Source: Eledone cirrhosa (Eukaryota). From it: a DNA stretch of 64,000 nucleotides. The stretch is taken from positions 157,046,001-157,110,000 of the forward strand of contig OZ024740.1 of NCBI GenBank assembly GCA_964016885.1, in the 5' to 3' direction. Under the pieces are notes generated by a model, which did not search any database, had not been told where the DNA came from, and worked only from the letters and a program-made list of their open reading frames with translations. The number at the start of each line of letters is the position of its first letter. Within the stretch, counting starts at the first letter, position 1. A program made the position numbers and the translations under genes. Shown piece by piece: positions 14,176-30,269 of this stretch.

Positions 14176-17100
14176 TAACAGTCAACGCGATCAGTCGCAT
14201 ATTTTGGTGTGGGAGACTATTTATTAAATTTAAGATGAATACTATCTCCGACAGTAATGCCACAACTACAGCCAGGTTGAATAACTGGTTATTCTTCTAA
14301 CTATCCCTTCTGAAGACACCTTTTATTCGAATTCGTAGAGATATCTGACTAAATACATAATTCATTTTACAAGGATTTGTTACAAACAGCATGGCTGAAC
14401 ACAACATCAACAAAAAAATTAAGGAAGTATCGAAGACAAATAATAAAGAAAGTAATCAAACTTTATTCAGTTGTAGCTACAGAAGAAACCGAAATTATAA
14501 ATCGCATTTCTCTTGGAGTTGCGAACTTAATAATGATTTATTTAATTGTTATAAAATGGCAAAAAACAATCCCTCCATTGGCTATATGAATAGAATGAAG
14601 CTACACTGAGCTAAATTATTTCACAGCGAAACAATTACGCCAACAAGTGACGTTTGTTGAACGGAAAAATAAGATAAATATTATTAATTGTATGTCCCCC
14701 ACAACAAACATGGAATCAACAACGCGTGCTACAGATCGCCATGCTACTAGACTTCCTAGCAGCCAGGTCGAACAGCGCCTTGAAACAACTATGCCTGTAA
14801 GAAACTTGACACCACCTGTTCCATCTAAGTCTACCTCGAATGCTGAGAAAAACACTATCGATAATAATAATAATCGAATAATAATAATAATAATCGAATA
14901 AATGTGACACCACGTATACCATCCGAGTCTACCTCGACTGTTGTGGAAAATACTATCGATAAGGATAATCGAAAGTATAAACAATTGAAAATTTCCCTTA
15001 ACGAAATCTTCCAGGGAGAAATTAACTCATGTATGAATATCTCTCTTGCTGAACGTGTTAAAATGACAATGGTGAATAAAAAAACAAATAATGAAATACT
15101 ATGTGTTATTGACGAAATAGGGGATGAATATTTACGACGGATAAAAACCCCAACATTTTGGCAAATCAATGCCTGTTTATATGCCTTAGCAATGACAGTG
15201 AAGCATTATCTTGGTGATAGCAGAGATATTAACAAGAACAAAACACCACCAAAAATACCATCATATATAACTAAAATAGAAAAAAAGAGTGCTGACCTAC
15301 GCAAAAACATAGGACATGTGACAATGCTCCTTACATGCAAACAAACACAAAAAAGCCTCACTCCTCACCAACAAAGAGTGACAAATAAAATAGAGACGGT
15401 GTTTGGTAACAGTAGAACCAGAACTCTCCAATATAAACTGATCACCCTCAAACAAGAATTGAGAAGGTAGGTGAAAGAAAAATGCTTAATAAAAGATTCA
15501 GACGAAACCAAACATCAGTCTATAGAGATATGAAGGGCAAAATAATAAGTGTCACTGAGGCCCCATCCCAGAAAGACATAGTTTCCTTTTGGAGAAAAAT
15601 ATGGGGTGAAAAGAAGAATTTCAACCAAGATGCAGTGTGGCTAAGAACAATCCGAAAGAAGTATTGCTCCTACACTACAACAAAAACATACGAAATAAGT
15701 GAGGGTACCCTTGAGAATGTGATAGGAAAACTCCAAGATAAGAAAAACACCAGGAAGAGACATGATTGTCGGCTACTGGTACAAAAAACTAATATTCATC
15801 GGAGGTATCTTACTGACCTCTACCAACAAGTTCTTAAGGGAGATACACTTATACCAGAATGGTTGACATTAGCACAAACGTTACTGGTCCCCAAGAACAA
15901 AGACACCCACTTGGCAAAAAAACTACCGACCCATTGCATGCCAGAACCTGATGTATAAGATGTATACAGCCTGCCTGAACCTATTCCTCCAACATCACTG
16001 TGAAAATAATAACATCATCACAGATGAACAAGCAGCTGGAAAGAAAAGGGTTTGGGGATGTGCTGAACAACTCCTAATCAACAAAACTGCGATGTCGGAG
16101 GTGCGACAACTTAGGAGGAATATGACTACAGTCTGGCTGGACTACAGGAAAGCTTTCGATTCTGTTCCCCACTCTTGGATGATAGAGGCCCTCCAACTTG
16201 CTAAAGTCCCAGACATTATTGTCAGAGCCATAGAAAGGTTGTCTTCTTCTTGGGCTACTATCCTGAGGTTAAAGACAGAGAAGGAGGACTCTATTTTCAC
16301 AGATAAAATAAAATATTGCAGGGGTATATTTCAGGGGGAGAGTCTCTCTGTGATATTGTTCATCTTGTCATTAAACCCCTTGTCTTTTCTGCTCAAGAAA
16401 TGTGAGGGATATATCATTGGCTCACAGGAGGACAGAAATACGAACCTAACCCATAACTTCTTTGTTGACAATCTGAAACTCTATGCCAAGAACATGGATT
16501 GGATGAAGAAAAATCTTGACCTGGTTACAACGTTCTCAAAGGATATAGGAATAGAGTTTGACCAAGATAAATGCTCATACATGACTGTAAAGCGGGGAAA
16601 AACAACAACCCAATCTAGCAACATTGTCATCAATGGCCTAACTGTTTCACCGATATCGGATGAGGACTGCAACAGATACCTGGGGATAGATTAGAACATA
16701 TCCTATAATGGTATCTGTAATAAAGAACGCGTAACCAGGGAATACTACACCCGATTAAGAAAGATCTGGTCATCGGAACTCTCTGCGCAAAACGAAACAG
16801 TGGCTCACAATGTGTTTGCTGTGCCTGTCCTACACCAACGTTTGGAATACTCAATTGGACGATAGAGGAAATCCGAGCAGTTGATGTTGGAACTCGAAAA
16901 ATACTGAACAACCCCGGAAACTTCCACATCAACAGTGACATAGACCGCCTTTACTTGAAACGTAAGCCGGGAGGCAGAGGCCTAAAATCAGTCCAGACAA
17001 CATTTGAATGTCGCATCATATCTCTCCGACAACATCTACGTACCTCGAAGCGTAGGAGCCCGCTTCTCGAGCAAATCTATCTACATGAAATAGATGAGAT

Positions 17101-18261
17101 CATGAGAGTTGGGAAGGAACTCCTTGAGAGATATTTCCTGTGTGATAATCAAAAACTCACACTCAGGGATGTCGCTCAGCAGTATCGCAGTGAATCCATG
17201 GATGAAAAACTGCATTCCTATCAGCAAAAGATCATGCATGGATATGTTGCCAGGAAGCTCCAGAGTGAGAGTAGTATAGATAAGGAAAGTAGTCTATTTT
17301 GGACCAACAACCGCTATATTGGCTCCCACTTTGAAGGGTACGCTTTTGCAATCCAGGAACGGGAGATTAGCACGAAATACCTGATTCACAAAAGAGATAG
17401 GAATGCAGGCAAAACACCTAGATGTGATAACAAGTGCAGACTCTGCAGAACTAACATCGAGGATATCACCCATGTCATCAGCAGCTGTCCAAAGATGTTA
17501 TCATGGTACTATCTACCTATGAGGCATGATGTAGCGGCCAAAATACTGTACAATGCAGTTGGTAAAAAAGGTAACCCCGATAATAAACACATTAAAAGCT
17601 ACAACAATGTGGAAGACATCCATCTACATAATATGAAAGAGTACTGGTGGAATGTTTCAGTAAAAACCCCAATAAATTGCAGGCATAACAGACCAGATAT
17701 TATGATATGGGACAGGGAGAAGAAAACATGCACAGTAGTGGAAATTAGCTGCCCAGCAGATGCCAATATAATATCAAAGATTAGTGAAAAGGAGAACATT
17801 TATGCAGAACTGATGAGAAATCTGCAGATACTCCACCCTGATTACACATTCAGATTTATGCCTGTGATTATTGGAGCATTATTGGATATGTTAGTAATTG
17901 CCTCAATACAAATCTTGAGAAGCTAGGCTTCACAGGAACAGAAAGAACACAACTAGTTAGGAAACTACAAGTACAATCCATTAATGGAACAGTAAAAATA
18001 TGTAAAACATTCCAAAAATGTTGAATCTAATAACTGCATATACACATGTACAGATGAAAAGCATATACACATGCACACATACAACTCAAAACATATACAT
18101 CCACACATACAATAACATCCATATCTACACATGCATGCATACATACATATCTACTTAGTTGATGTTGTTATGTAAATTCCAATGAGAGAGTCGTGTGTCT
18201 ATGTTAGAAACCGACTCTCTCTCTATTGGTAAAACTTTGAGAAATTATAAAACCAAAAGAA
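14176..18261 (+). mobile_element. Near full-length frameshifted R4/Dong-clade non-LTR retrotransposon (RT, CCHC knuckle, RLE endonuclease) inserted in a (CATA)n tract
   Basis: RT motifs DYRKAFDSVPH, GIFQGESLS and FVDNLK (degenerate YxDD); KRKPGGRGL; CRLC...HVISSC; RHD; RPDIMIWD...VVEISCP...KENIY; split over ORFs 14904-17926; the 5' boundary is inferred from the flanking microsatellite. Confidence 0.92.
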
Positions 18262-18282
18262 CATACATACATACATACATAC

Positions 18283-19298
18283 ATGGTGGCTGCCAAATCG
18301 TCTTCGGATACGGCCACTACTTTATATGCATGTAGGAGAACCCCTACCGATGCGCTGAACGAGTGTGACTTTTTAGTCCAGCCAGCGACTTGAAAACCCT
18401 GGTACAAAGACTACACTTGTGACAATTATTGACACATGGTGCTGGGCACATGGTACCATGTGACGACAAGTGCAGAGAGATCTCCAGATATAAAGCAATG
18501 CCTGTGCCGTGAAGCTTTTATAGTGAGCAAAGGCACTGCACAAAGCCAGTCCCACTCTTAACCAAGATATTTACCAAAAAGAAGAACAAGTCAACATCAT
18601 TGGATACCATCAGGGTTGCAGGTGTTATATCAGAGTTTTCCTTCTCCTAGAATTCTGCCTTGACATACATATATACATACATATAAACATGGTGGCTGCC
18701 AACTCGTTTTCGAGTACGACCACTACTTTATATCCATGTAGGAGAACCCCTACCGATGCGCTGAACGAGTGTGACTTTTTAGTCCAGCCAGCGACTTGAA
18801 AACTCTGGTACAAACACTACACTTGTGACAACTATTGACACATAGTGTTGGGCCCATGGTACCATGTGACGACAAGTGCGGAGAGATCTCCAGATATAAA
18901 GCAATGCCTGTGCCGTGAAGCTTTTACAGTGAGCAAAGGCACTGCACAAAGCCAGTCCCACTCTCTTAACCAAGATGATATTTACCAAAAAGAAGAACTA
19001 GTCAACATCATTGGATACCATCAGGGTTGCAGGTGTTATATCAGAGTTTTCCTTCTCCTAGAATTCTGCCTTGACAAAGGCTAAGGGGTCATCTCTCCCA
19101 GTGATTTTGGATGGCCATTGACACTTAAGAGCTCCTTTGCCCTTTGACAGGTTTTGTTTTTAGTCCTGCAGGATGTCCAAAGTCACCCTCCTCACCAAGA
19201 AACCTTGATGGGGTTGCCAGTTTAGTCGCCAACGACCCGACCATGAGACAGGTTGTACTGGGATACATGTTACCAGTAGCACCAACTGGTGACCTGAC
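18283..19298 (-). repeat. Tandem copies (18283-18665 partial, 18690-19298) of an RTE-5'UTR-like non-coding repeat
   Basis: Near-identical to 24165-24751 and 25161-25566; contains ctaggagaaggaaaactctga on the minus strand; always flanked by microsatellite. Confidence 0.75.
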
Positions 19299-19446
19299 AT
19301 ATAAACATACATATATACATACATATATATACATATATATATATACATACATACATATATACATAATATATATATATATATACGTACATATATATATACA
19401 TACATATATATATACATACATATATATATACATAACATACATATAC

Positions 19447-19485
<39 letters not shown>

Positions 19486-19492
19486 CATATAC

Positions 19493-19531
<39 letters not shown>

Positions 19532-19560
19532 CATATACATACATACATACATATACATAC

Positions 19561-19591
<31 letters not shown>

Positions 19592-19878
19592 CATACATAT
19601 ATATATATACATACATATATATATATACATACACATATATATATACATACACACATATATATATATATATATATATACATACACATATATACATACACAT
19701 ATATATATATACATGCACATATATATATACATACACATATATATGTATACATACACATATATATATACACATATATATATGAATGAAGTAATTCCGTCGG
19801 AAAAGTCCAGGAAAAAAGAGTGCTCTATGTAGATAACAGAGCTTAATAGTTATGTAATAAACAACATAAGGCAATTAT

Positions 19879-19936
19879 TCCATTTACCAGTGGTTTCTTA
19901 AAAGCAAAAAATGTTGCTTTCAATCATCAGAATGAA
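19879..19936 (-). ncRNA. Type I hammerhead ribozyme (family B, copy 1)
   Basis: Minus strand reads ttcatt CTGATGA ttgaaagc...gcttttaa GAAA ccactgg TA aatgga. Confidence 0.85.
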
Positions 19937-20402
19937 AAAATCCTGGTGTATTTATTGATATTGGATTCTAAAAACAAAAATGCAATCTATATGAAGGTGA
20001 GGTTGGAGAAGGAAGAAGGAAAGGAAAAATAAAATAAAAACACACATGCAAACACACACACACACACACACACAATTATATACATACACATATATATATA
20101 TATATATACATGCACACATACATAAACACACACATATACACATATATTTGTGTATATATATACATACACATACATATACACATACATACACACATAAATA
20201 TCAACATATCCATACATACACATACATATATACAACCACACATATATATATACATATATATATAGAAATAGAAATATATATATATATGCATACACATACA
20301 CACACTCTCACACATAAATATACATAACACAAATACATAAACACATACATACACATACACAAATACATACACACACACACATATACATATATACACACAC
20401 AT

Positions 20403-20441
<39 letters not shown>

Positions 20442-20690
20442 CATAGCCATACAATTATACACATACAAATACGTACATATCACCAACACGCACAACCAAA
20501 TACAAACACACATATATATATATATGTGTGTAAAACTCATTCTTAGATAATTCATATGAACCTTATTTAACTCTAAAATATACATATATATATATATATA
20601 CACATACACATACATACACATACATACTTACTAACATACACATATATAACTACACACATATATACATACACATACGTATGCATACGTACA

Positions 20691-20798
<108 letters not shown>

Positions 20799-20860
20799 CA
20801 TATATAACTCAATATATATATATATATATAGAGATATAATAAACAACATAAGGCAATTAT

Positions 20861-20918
20861 TCCATTTACCAGTGGTTTCTTAAAAGCAAAAAATGTTGCT
20901 TTCAATCATCAGAATGAA
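20861..20918 (-). ncRNA. Type I hammerhead ribozyme (family B, copy 2)
   Basis: Same motif, 982 bp from copy 1. Confidence 0.85.
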
Positions 20919-21662
20919 AAGATCCTGGTGTATTTATTGATATTGGATTCTAAAAACAAAATTGCAATCTATATGAAAGTGAGGTTGGAGAAGGAAGAAG
21001 AAAAGGAAAAGTAAAATAAAAACACACATGCAAACACACACACACAATTATATACATACACACACATATATATATATATATACATGCACATATACATACA
21101 CACACACATATACACATATATATGTGTATATATATACATACACATACATAGACACATACATACATACACACATAAATATCAACATATCCATACATACACA
21201 TACATATATACAATCACACACATATAAATACATATATATATAGAAATAGAAATATATATATATATGCATACACATACACATACATAGCCATATACACATA
21301 CATATACATACATTCATACACACAATCATACGTATATACACACGTACATACATACACATACATACACACATATATATACATGCACACTCTCACACATAAA
21401 TATACATATACAAATACATAAACAAATACATACGCATACACAAATACATGCACACACACACACATATACATATATACACACATATATATATATGTATATA
21501 TATATATATACACACATACATAGCCATACAATTATACACATACAAATACGTACATATCACAAACACGCACAACCAAATACAAACACACACATATATATAT
21601 ATGTGTGTGTAAAACTCATTCTTATATAATTCATATGAACCTTACTTAACTCTAAAATATAC

Positions 21663-21699
<37 letters not shown>

Positions 21700-21895
21700 T
21701 ACACATACACATACATACACATACATACTTACTAACATACACATATATACCTACACACACATATATACATACACATACGTGTTCATACGTACACACACAT
21801 ACACACACACACACACACATATATATATACATATAACTCAATATATATATATATATATATATATAGCTATGTAATAAACAACATAAGGCAATTAT

Positions 21896-21954
21896 TCCAT
21901 TTACCAGTGGTTTCTTAAAAGCAAAAAATTTTTGCTTTCAATCATCAGAATGAA
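21896..21954 (-). ncRNA. Type I hammerhead ribozyme (family B, copy 3)
   Basis: Same motif, 1035 bp from copy 2. Confidence 0.85.
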
Positions 21955-22042
21955 AAAATAATCCTGGTGTATTTATTGATATTGGATTCTAAAAGAAACC
22001 CTTTTTTTTAGAATCCAATATCAATAAATACACCAGGATTTT

Positions 22043-22100
22043 TTCATTCTGATGATTGAAAGCAAAATGTTTTGCTTTTAAGAAACCACTGGTAAATGGA
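22043..22100 (+). ncRNA. Type I hammerhead ribozyme (family B, inverted copy)
   Basis: ttcatt CTGATGA ttgaaagcaaaa-tg-ttttgcttttaa GAAA ccactgg TA aatgga; predicted cleavage after 22094. Confidence 0.85.
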
Positions 22101-22197
22101 ATAATTGCCGTATGTTGTTTATTACATAAGTATTAAGCTCTGTTACCTACATAGAGCAATCTTTTTTCCTGGACTTTTCCGACGGAATTACTTCATT

Positions 22198-22278
<81 letters not shown>

Positions 22279-22597
22279 GAGAAAGAACATAAATATTATA
22301 AAATAAATATTTTATATATAAAAAAATTTGGTATACGACAAATAATAAATAAAAAAATAAAAGAATATATATTTAGAAAAGGGTATAAATGCCCATAGCA
22401 GACCTAGAGCACTCAACAAGTTCATGGAGCAAAAGATAAATGAAAATAATCATCAAATCACTATATGTAATGATGCACATACATACAGCCTTATACATAT
22501 ATACATATACACACACACACACACATAAATATATATACATACACACACACAAAAAACAAAACCCAACCACAGAAATACAAACACACTTACAATTACG

Positions 22598-22637
<40 letters not shown>

Positions 22638-22967
22638 CACACATAGGAAAATGCCTGACGCTACGGCAGAGCTCAAGCCTTTTCTGAGGCTATTATATAA
22701 AAACACTCAAAACCATTATATAAAAAATTAATATCTAAAAATAAAAAAATTGTTGGTATGTGAAGGGTAAAGCAAAAAAATAGGGGGAAAAGAGGGGGGG
22801 AATGACATAGTTTTAAATATAAGGGGAGATAAGGGAGAAAGAGAATACAAGAGTACAGAACGTGGATTCAGTAGGTAAAAAAAACCGTAGTAGAAGTAAA
22901 GAGCAGAGAAGAAGTTCAAGGTGGTTGAGTTATCATAGGAATGTCAATCCAGTTACAGATCAGATGT

Positions 22968-23270
22968 TATTTCAGATGAGGACAACATCTGAAGATCTCG
23001 GTCTTTGAGTTCAGGCAAGCAGAAGTGGCTTTCAAGTTTAGCAAAATACTATATTTTTCTGTGGTACACAAAGAACAATTCTTTGTGCCCCTTTGTTACT
23101 CCCTCGAATGGTCTAAAATAGACCAATCGATAGAGTTCGGGATGTTTTTATCCTTGAATTCCCACACCTTACTTGCGAGGGCTGTTGTTGTTCGTTTATC
23201 GGAGTGGTTAAAAGAAGCGACATGTGCATAAAACCTGGTTTTAAACCTGTCCTGGGTCATGCCGAAATAT
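22968..23270 (-). mobile_element. Penelope-like GIY-YIG endonuclease C-terminal fragment
   Basis: [21 protein letters not shown]...[11 protein letters not shown]...IDWSIL, followed after a stop by NCSLCTTEK...LNSKTEIFRCCPH. Confidence 0.85.
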
Positions 23271-23274
23271 TTAT

Positions 23275-24164
<890 letters not shown>

Positions 24165-24751
24165 TGGTGGCTGCCAACTCGTTTTCGAGTACGGCCACTA
24201 CTTTATATCCATGTAGGAGAACCCCTACCGATGGGAGTTCAGCCAGCGACTTGAAAACTCTGGTACAAACACTACACCTGTGACAATTATTGACACATAG
24301 TGCTGGGCCCATGGTACCATGTGACGACAAGTGCAGAGCGATCTCCAGACATAAAGCAATGCCTGTGCCGTGAAGCTTTTATAGTGAGCAAAGGCACTGC
24401 ACAAAGCCAGTCCCACTCTCTTAACCAAGATGATATTTACCAAAAAGAAGAACAAGTCAACATCATTGGATACCATCAGAGTTGCAGGTGTTATATCAGA
24501 GTTTTCCTTCTCCTAGAATTCTGCCTTGACAAAGGCTAAGGGGTCATCTCTCCCGGTGATTTTGGATGGCCATTGACTCTTAAGAGCTCCTTTGCCCTTT
24601 GACAGGTTTTGATTTAGTCCTGCAGGATGTCCAAAGTCACCCTCCTCACCAAGAAAACTTGGTGCAGTTGCCAGTTTAGTCGCCAACGACCCGACCATGA
24701 GACAGGTTGTACTGGGATACATGTTACCAGTAGCACCAACTGGTGACCTGA
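24165..24751 (-). repeat. RTE-5'UTR-like non-coding repeat copy
   Basis: Near-identical to 18690-19298. Confidence 0.75.
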
Positions 24752-24816
24752 CATATATACATATATATATATATATACATACATATATATATATATATAC
24801 ATACATATATATATAT

Positions 24817-24900
<84 letters not shown>

Positions 24901-25160
24901 ATTCCTCAAGAAGGGCTTATGCCCGAAACGTCCTTCCGCACCCTCCCCACTCTCAAAAGCGTGAACCTAATAAACCTTTATTTGTCTGCCTCTCTGTTTT
25001 GTTCACGTATAAATTTGCATTATGTATATATATACATATATATATATACACATACATATATATATACACATACATATATATATACATACATATATATATA
25101 CACATACATATATATACATACATACATATATATATACATACACATGCATATATAAATACA

Positions 25161-25566
25161 TGGTGGCTGCCAACTCGTTTTCGAGTACGGCCACTACTTT
25201 ATATCCATGTAGGAGAACCCCTACCGATACGCTGAATGAGTGTGACTTTTTAGTCCAGCCAGTGACTTGAAAACTCTTGTACAAACACTACACTTGTGAC
25301 AATTATTGACACATGGTGCTGGGCCCATGGTACCATGTGACGACAAGTGCAGAGAGATCTCCAGATATAAAGCAATGCCTGTGCCGTGAAGCTTTTATAG
25401 TGAGCAAAGGCACTGCACAAAGCCAGTCCCACTCTCTTAACCAAGATGATATTTACCAAAAAGAAAAACAAGTCAACATCATTTGATACCATCAGGGTTG
25501 CAGGTATTATATCAGAGTTTTCCTTCTCCTAGAATTCTGCCTTGACAAAAGCTAAGGGGTCATCTC
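25161..25566 (-). repeat. RTE-5'UTR-like non-coding repeat copy (partial)
   Basis: Near-identical to 18690-19095. Confidence 0.75.
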
Positions 25567-26242
25567 ATACATACATACATACATACATACATACATACAT
25601 ACATACATACACGTAAAACAAAACCTGCAAGCCTAGTTAGGCTTTCATCAGATGCCATGTATATCATCTAAACAATCACGATTGAATAAGTAATTGGAGG
25701 TGTGTGTGTATAGGGGCGGGGGCTTATGTTCCAAATCGTTTTATAGTATTCTGAAATGGATATACTAATTTGCATATTATCAGCGCTCATATTATAAGTA
25801 TTTCCCAGTATTTCGTTACAGTCCTCTATACTCAGGTTTCGAACCCCACCGCGGTCAACTTTGCCTTCCATCCCTTAGGGTGCCAAAAAATAAAGTAATA
25901 GTACAGTGCTGATTTCGGTATAATTGTCTCCCCCTCATCTCAAAATTGTTGACCCTATACTTAAAATAGTAACCATTATCTCACATCGTTTCACATAAAT
26001 TATCATTATCTCACATCATTTCACATACATTATCATTAATTGTCTAGGCTTGTCTTCAACTAAATGACACACTTTTTAAGTAGACAGACACGGCATTAGT
26101 ATACTTAGAAAAAACTCGAGTATGTATTATAAATTATGCCTGATAATATCCATTATGAAACCATTATTAATTTTAATGATGTAGATATTGGAATAAAGTA
26201 TTGTCATTTTAATGATGTTTAACATTATTTTCATTTGCTATT

Positions 26243-26286
<44 letters not shown>

Positions 26287-26951
26287 AGAGAACATTAGGC
26301 AAGTGGACATCGATCCAAGTGATACCGATTATCGATTCCAGTAAAAGCCAACGAAAAACAGGGAGCTACTCATCAGACGAATTGTCTTTAGATGTCCCAC
26401 AAAATGCCTTCATATCTGTTGAGAGGTTTGAATGAGTTTCAAACCACATGGTGAGATAAACGTTTAATGACGAGTGCATACATTAATAGGAGCTGTGAAA
26501 CAGTACTATCAGGAATATTACTTAAGAAGTATATTTTTTCCTGGATATTATTTGTATTAAACATATGTACAAAATACTGTGCTTCTCAAACGATATATCA
26601 CTCTTTTCGCTCCCACTCTAACTATATCTTTTAAGTTTGAATTATATATATATATAATATATATCACTTCTGGTTTAAATGTGTGTGTGTTGAGTCTTGA
26701 AAAAAAATAAAGCTATCTGAGATTGTTATCGATTATATCGATTTTAATTAGTTTAGACCTTTCTGTATCTATCGTCGGTGTTTTATATATGTCTAGTGCC
26801 TTTGGTCGGTTTTCTTGGTGTCACACATTATAACTGTTGTGTTTACACTGAACCTAATGTCTTTAACTTTCGCTCCATTTAGTGTTTTGTGGTTGCCTCA
26901 AACAAATCGAATAGCACTTGCTGTGCAACAGCTAAGACTTCGGTTTATACC

Positions 26952-27021
<70 letters not shown>

Positions 27022-28198
27022 GAAAAGAGTCAGGACCCCGACAGCTGAGCTCCGGCCGTTTCGACAGCTAGTTCCGAACTTATTTTCCTATTACCCACTC
27101 TACTACCCTAAGTATAGAGTCGAGTACTCTGGTGCGTTATGGTCTACCTGGTATCTTACCACACCTTCTTTGTTATATATATAGTATATATTATATGTTT
27201 TTATCACTAAACGAGAAAACTCAATACAAAGTAGAGTAAATGTATTATATGAATAATATACAAGACTTAATCTTCTCCCATCACCCTATGGCTCACTCCG
27301 CTAATGTCTTCATAACATTCCATTTTTCTATCGACATTTATGAATGGAATTCAATAGATATTTGTTTCCTATGAAGTAATATCATTAATCATTAATTTTC
27401 AATCAAGTCTTAGCCACTTTTTATTTCAATGATTTCTTTAAATTCGTAGACCCTAAGCCGTAGGTATCCTCTTCGAATATAATGGTTAATCGAAAAAGAG
27501 AATGCATTTTATAGAAAAGTGAAAATTATTATTTATGAGGATATGTTGTGAAAATTAAATAAAATATTTCTGAAAACCTAAAAGCAAGAATAATGTATTG
27601 CTTAAATTCAATAGAAGTGTTGTTATGCAAATGAAGAATGGAAATATATGTATGAAAACAGTTAATGTATGAGAAATCTATCAGAATTTCTTGCTAAGAA
27701 ACTGTTCAGGTTTGTAGCTTCTTTTATTATTGTAGGGTGGTACTCGGGTGAAACACGTAATGACACCATACAGTTAACGACGGAGAACAATGAAACACAA
27801 GTTCAAACGTAAGAAACATTAATAGAGCCTTATTGAGGAAGGTTGGAAATTGGCTTAAAATTAATGGTATTCGTGTAGGAAACATTTATTTATTGAGTGT
27901 CAGTTTTGAAAACGAAAGAAAATATTAATAGAGCTGAAAAGGAAGGTGCTATTGCGTAGAACGAAATTGACTGAACACTAATCGAAATATTAAAAGAATT
28001 TACGCTCACAGAGAATGAATTAGAAATATAGAGAGAGGGAGGTATAAAGACGTTATATTTATATTGCAATATCACATTAATTTGCTTCAGCACATACGCA
28101 GTACAAGCCGGAGGAAGCCGATATAATAAAAATAATCATTTTAATACACACCAAGACACAAATACACACGCGCACACATACACAACGCCCCCTCCCCC

Positions 28199-28255
<57 letters not shown>

Positions 28256-29283
28256 TTTGTTTTCTTTCACACTCCCACATTATCTTATCTATATGTAATC
28301 ATTCAAAGTCCAACCAACAGAGTGGAGCGTGCTTTGTCGAGAATATCTCACAAGAATGAAACATGTTCGTAGTTTGTTCCAGTAAGCTAATAAGACAAGA
28401 TCTAATCCTTACTGCTCTGCTCTTGATTCTTGAAACTTGGATTAACTGATATCATTGGTCTTTTCTCCCTTGAATAACATTTAAAAATTTTACACACCTC
28501 CCAAAATGGTCTAAAATTCTAATCTAAGCTAATTCAATACACTACAACTCATATACAGAAAACGTGCCATTAATAAAAAGACAGGATGGTGTAACAGATT
28601 AAGACCAGAAAAAGGAGGAGGTACAAAAGAGGATAGATAGTCATTAAGGAGGTCACAGAATGTGCGACGAAAGAATTTGACGAACAAACGAATAACTAGT
28701 AATAAAGAAACAGTGAAAAAGTCAAGATCATATAGTGTGTCTGTTTTTCTTTGGGGCAATACTGACAACATGGTCATCCCCCAAAATAACAAAATCGGTT
28801 TTAACAAACGATTTCACATCAAGAATCTTGCAAAACAAATATATAAATATAATGTGTGTGTATGTTTGGAGAGAGGGAATAAGAAAGATTGTAGGACAGC
28901 GGAGTGTAAACAACCGATTGATTTTAAGAAGCTTTGAGGAAATTCGTAGGCATCTCTATACAAATAACAATAGCATATATCGATTATTTGGCATACTAGT
29001 TGCTGCACTCACCCGGTATCCGTGAGATGTAGGGTTCGATTCGTCGCAGGCAGATTCGTCTATTTTTTTTCACAGCATCAGGGGATACTGTGCCCGTTTT
29101 TATATTCTTGATAATGATCGACTATATATAACCAGATAGAAAGAGGTGGTGGGGTAGAGACAGTAAACAGAACGGCAGCCATATATTTATAAACAGACAT
29201 ACATACACACATGCATACATACATACATACATACATACATACATACATACATACATACATACATACATACATACATACATACA

Positions 29284-29881
29284 TGATGATGGCTGCCCCC
29301 TCGTTATCGAGTAAGACCATTGCACGATATACCATTATTAATAATTATTAATTAATTCTATCGTGCAATGCCTGTGATGAAGATTATTTTTTAAAGTGAG
29401 AAAAGACTGTGCACTGATCCAATCCCACTCTCTGAGCGACAGTAGCTATAACCCGAAAAGAAGAAAAGATCAACATCATCGGTAACTACTAAGCCGCAGG
29501 TTTAATGTCGGAGTTATCCCATTTTCCTGAGTTGCCTTCTCCTAGAAGAATGCCCTGACAAAGGCCAGGGGTCCTTAACTCCCTGTAGTTTAACCGCGCG
29601 ATCGGGTATCCATCCCGGCTATTTCTATGTCGCCGCGCATATACATACACATACATATGTACATGTGTATATACATATTTACACATTTTTGGATGGCCGT
29701 TGACTCTTATGAGTTTTTCCTCCCTTTGTCAGGTTTTGTATTTTTGTCCTGCAGGGTGTCCAAATTCACTCTCATCATCAAGTAAACTTGGTGTGGGTTG
29801 CCGGTTTAGACGCCGACGACCCGACCATGAAACAGGTTGTACTGGGTTACATGTTGCCAGTAGCACTCAAGAATGACCAGA
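29284..29881 (-). repeat. Diverged subfamily of the RTE-5'UTR-like repeat
   Basis: Shares the terminus gacccgaccatgaaacaggttgtactggg with the 19 kb and 24 kb copies, and its body with 2255-2724. Confidence 0.65.
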
Positions 29882-29982
29882 CATAATATATATATACATA
29901 CATATATGTATACATATATATATACATATATATATACATATCTATATATATATACATATATATATATACATATATATTTATA

Positions 29983-30066
<84 letters not shown>

Positions 30067-30076
30067 CATATATATT

Positions 30077-30162
<86 letters not shown>

Positions 30163-30163
30163 C

Positions 30164-30239
<76 letters not shown>

Positions 30240-30269
30240 CGTTAAGCTATCTCTGTTATTGTATTAAAT

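Noticed and set aside
19210-19298. Possible HDV-like ribozyme at the 5' end of the RTE-like repeat (gtcgttggcgac-taa-actgg)
   Set aside because: P4, J4/2 and P2-like parts are visible, but I could not build P1, P3 and L3 by hand; needs a descriptor search
24905-24932. Hammerhead-like ctcaaga-agggcttatgccc-gaaacgtc (inverted copy at ~23767-23794)
   Set aside because: G5 is replaced by C and no stem I can be formed; at best a truncated relic
25620-25655. Minus-strand CTGATGA followed by the hairpin aagcct/aggctt
   Set aside because: No GAAA or cleavage triplet follows
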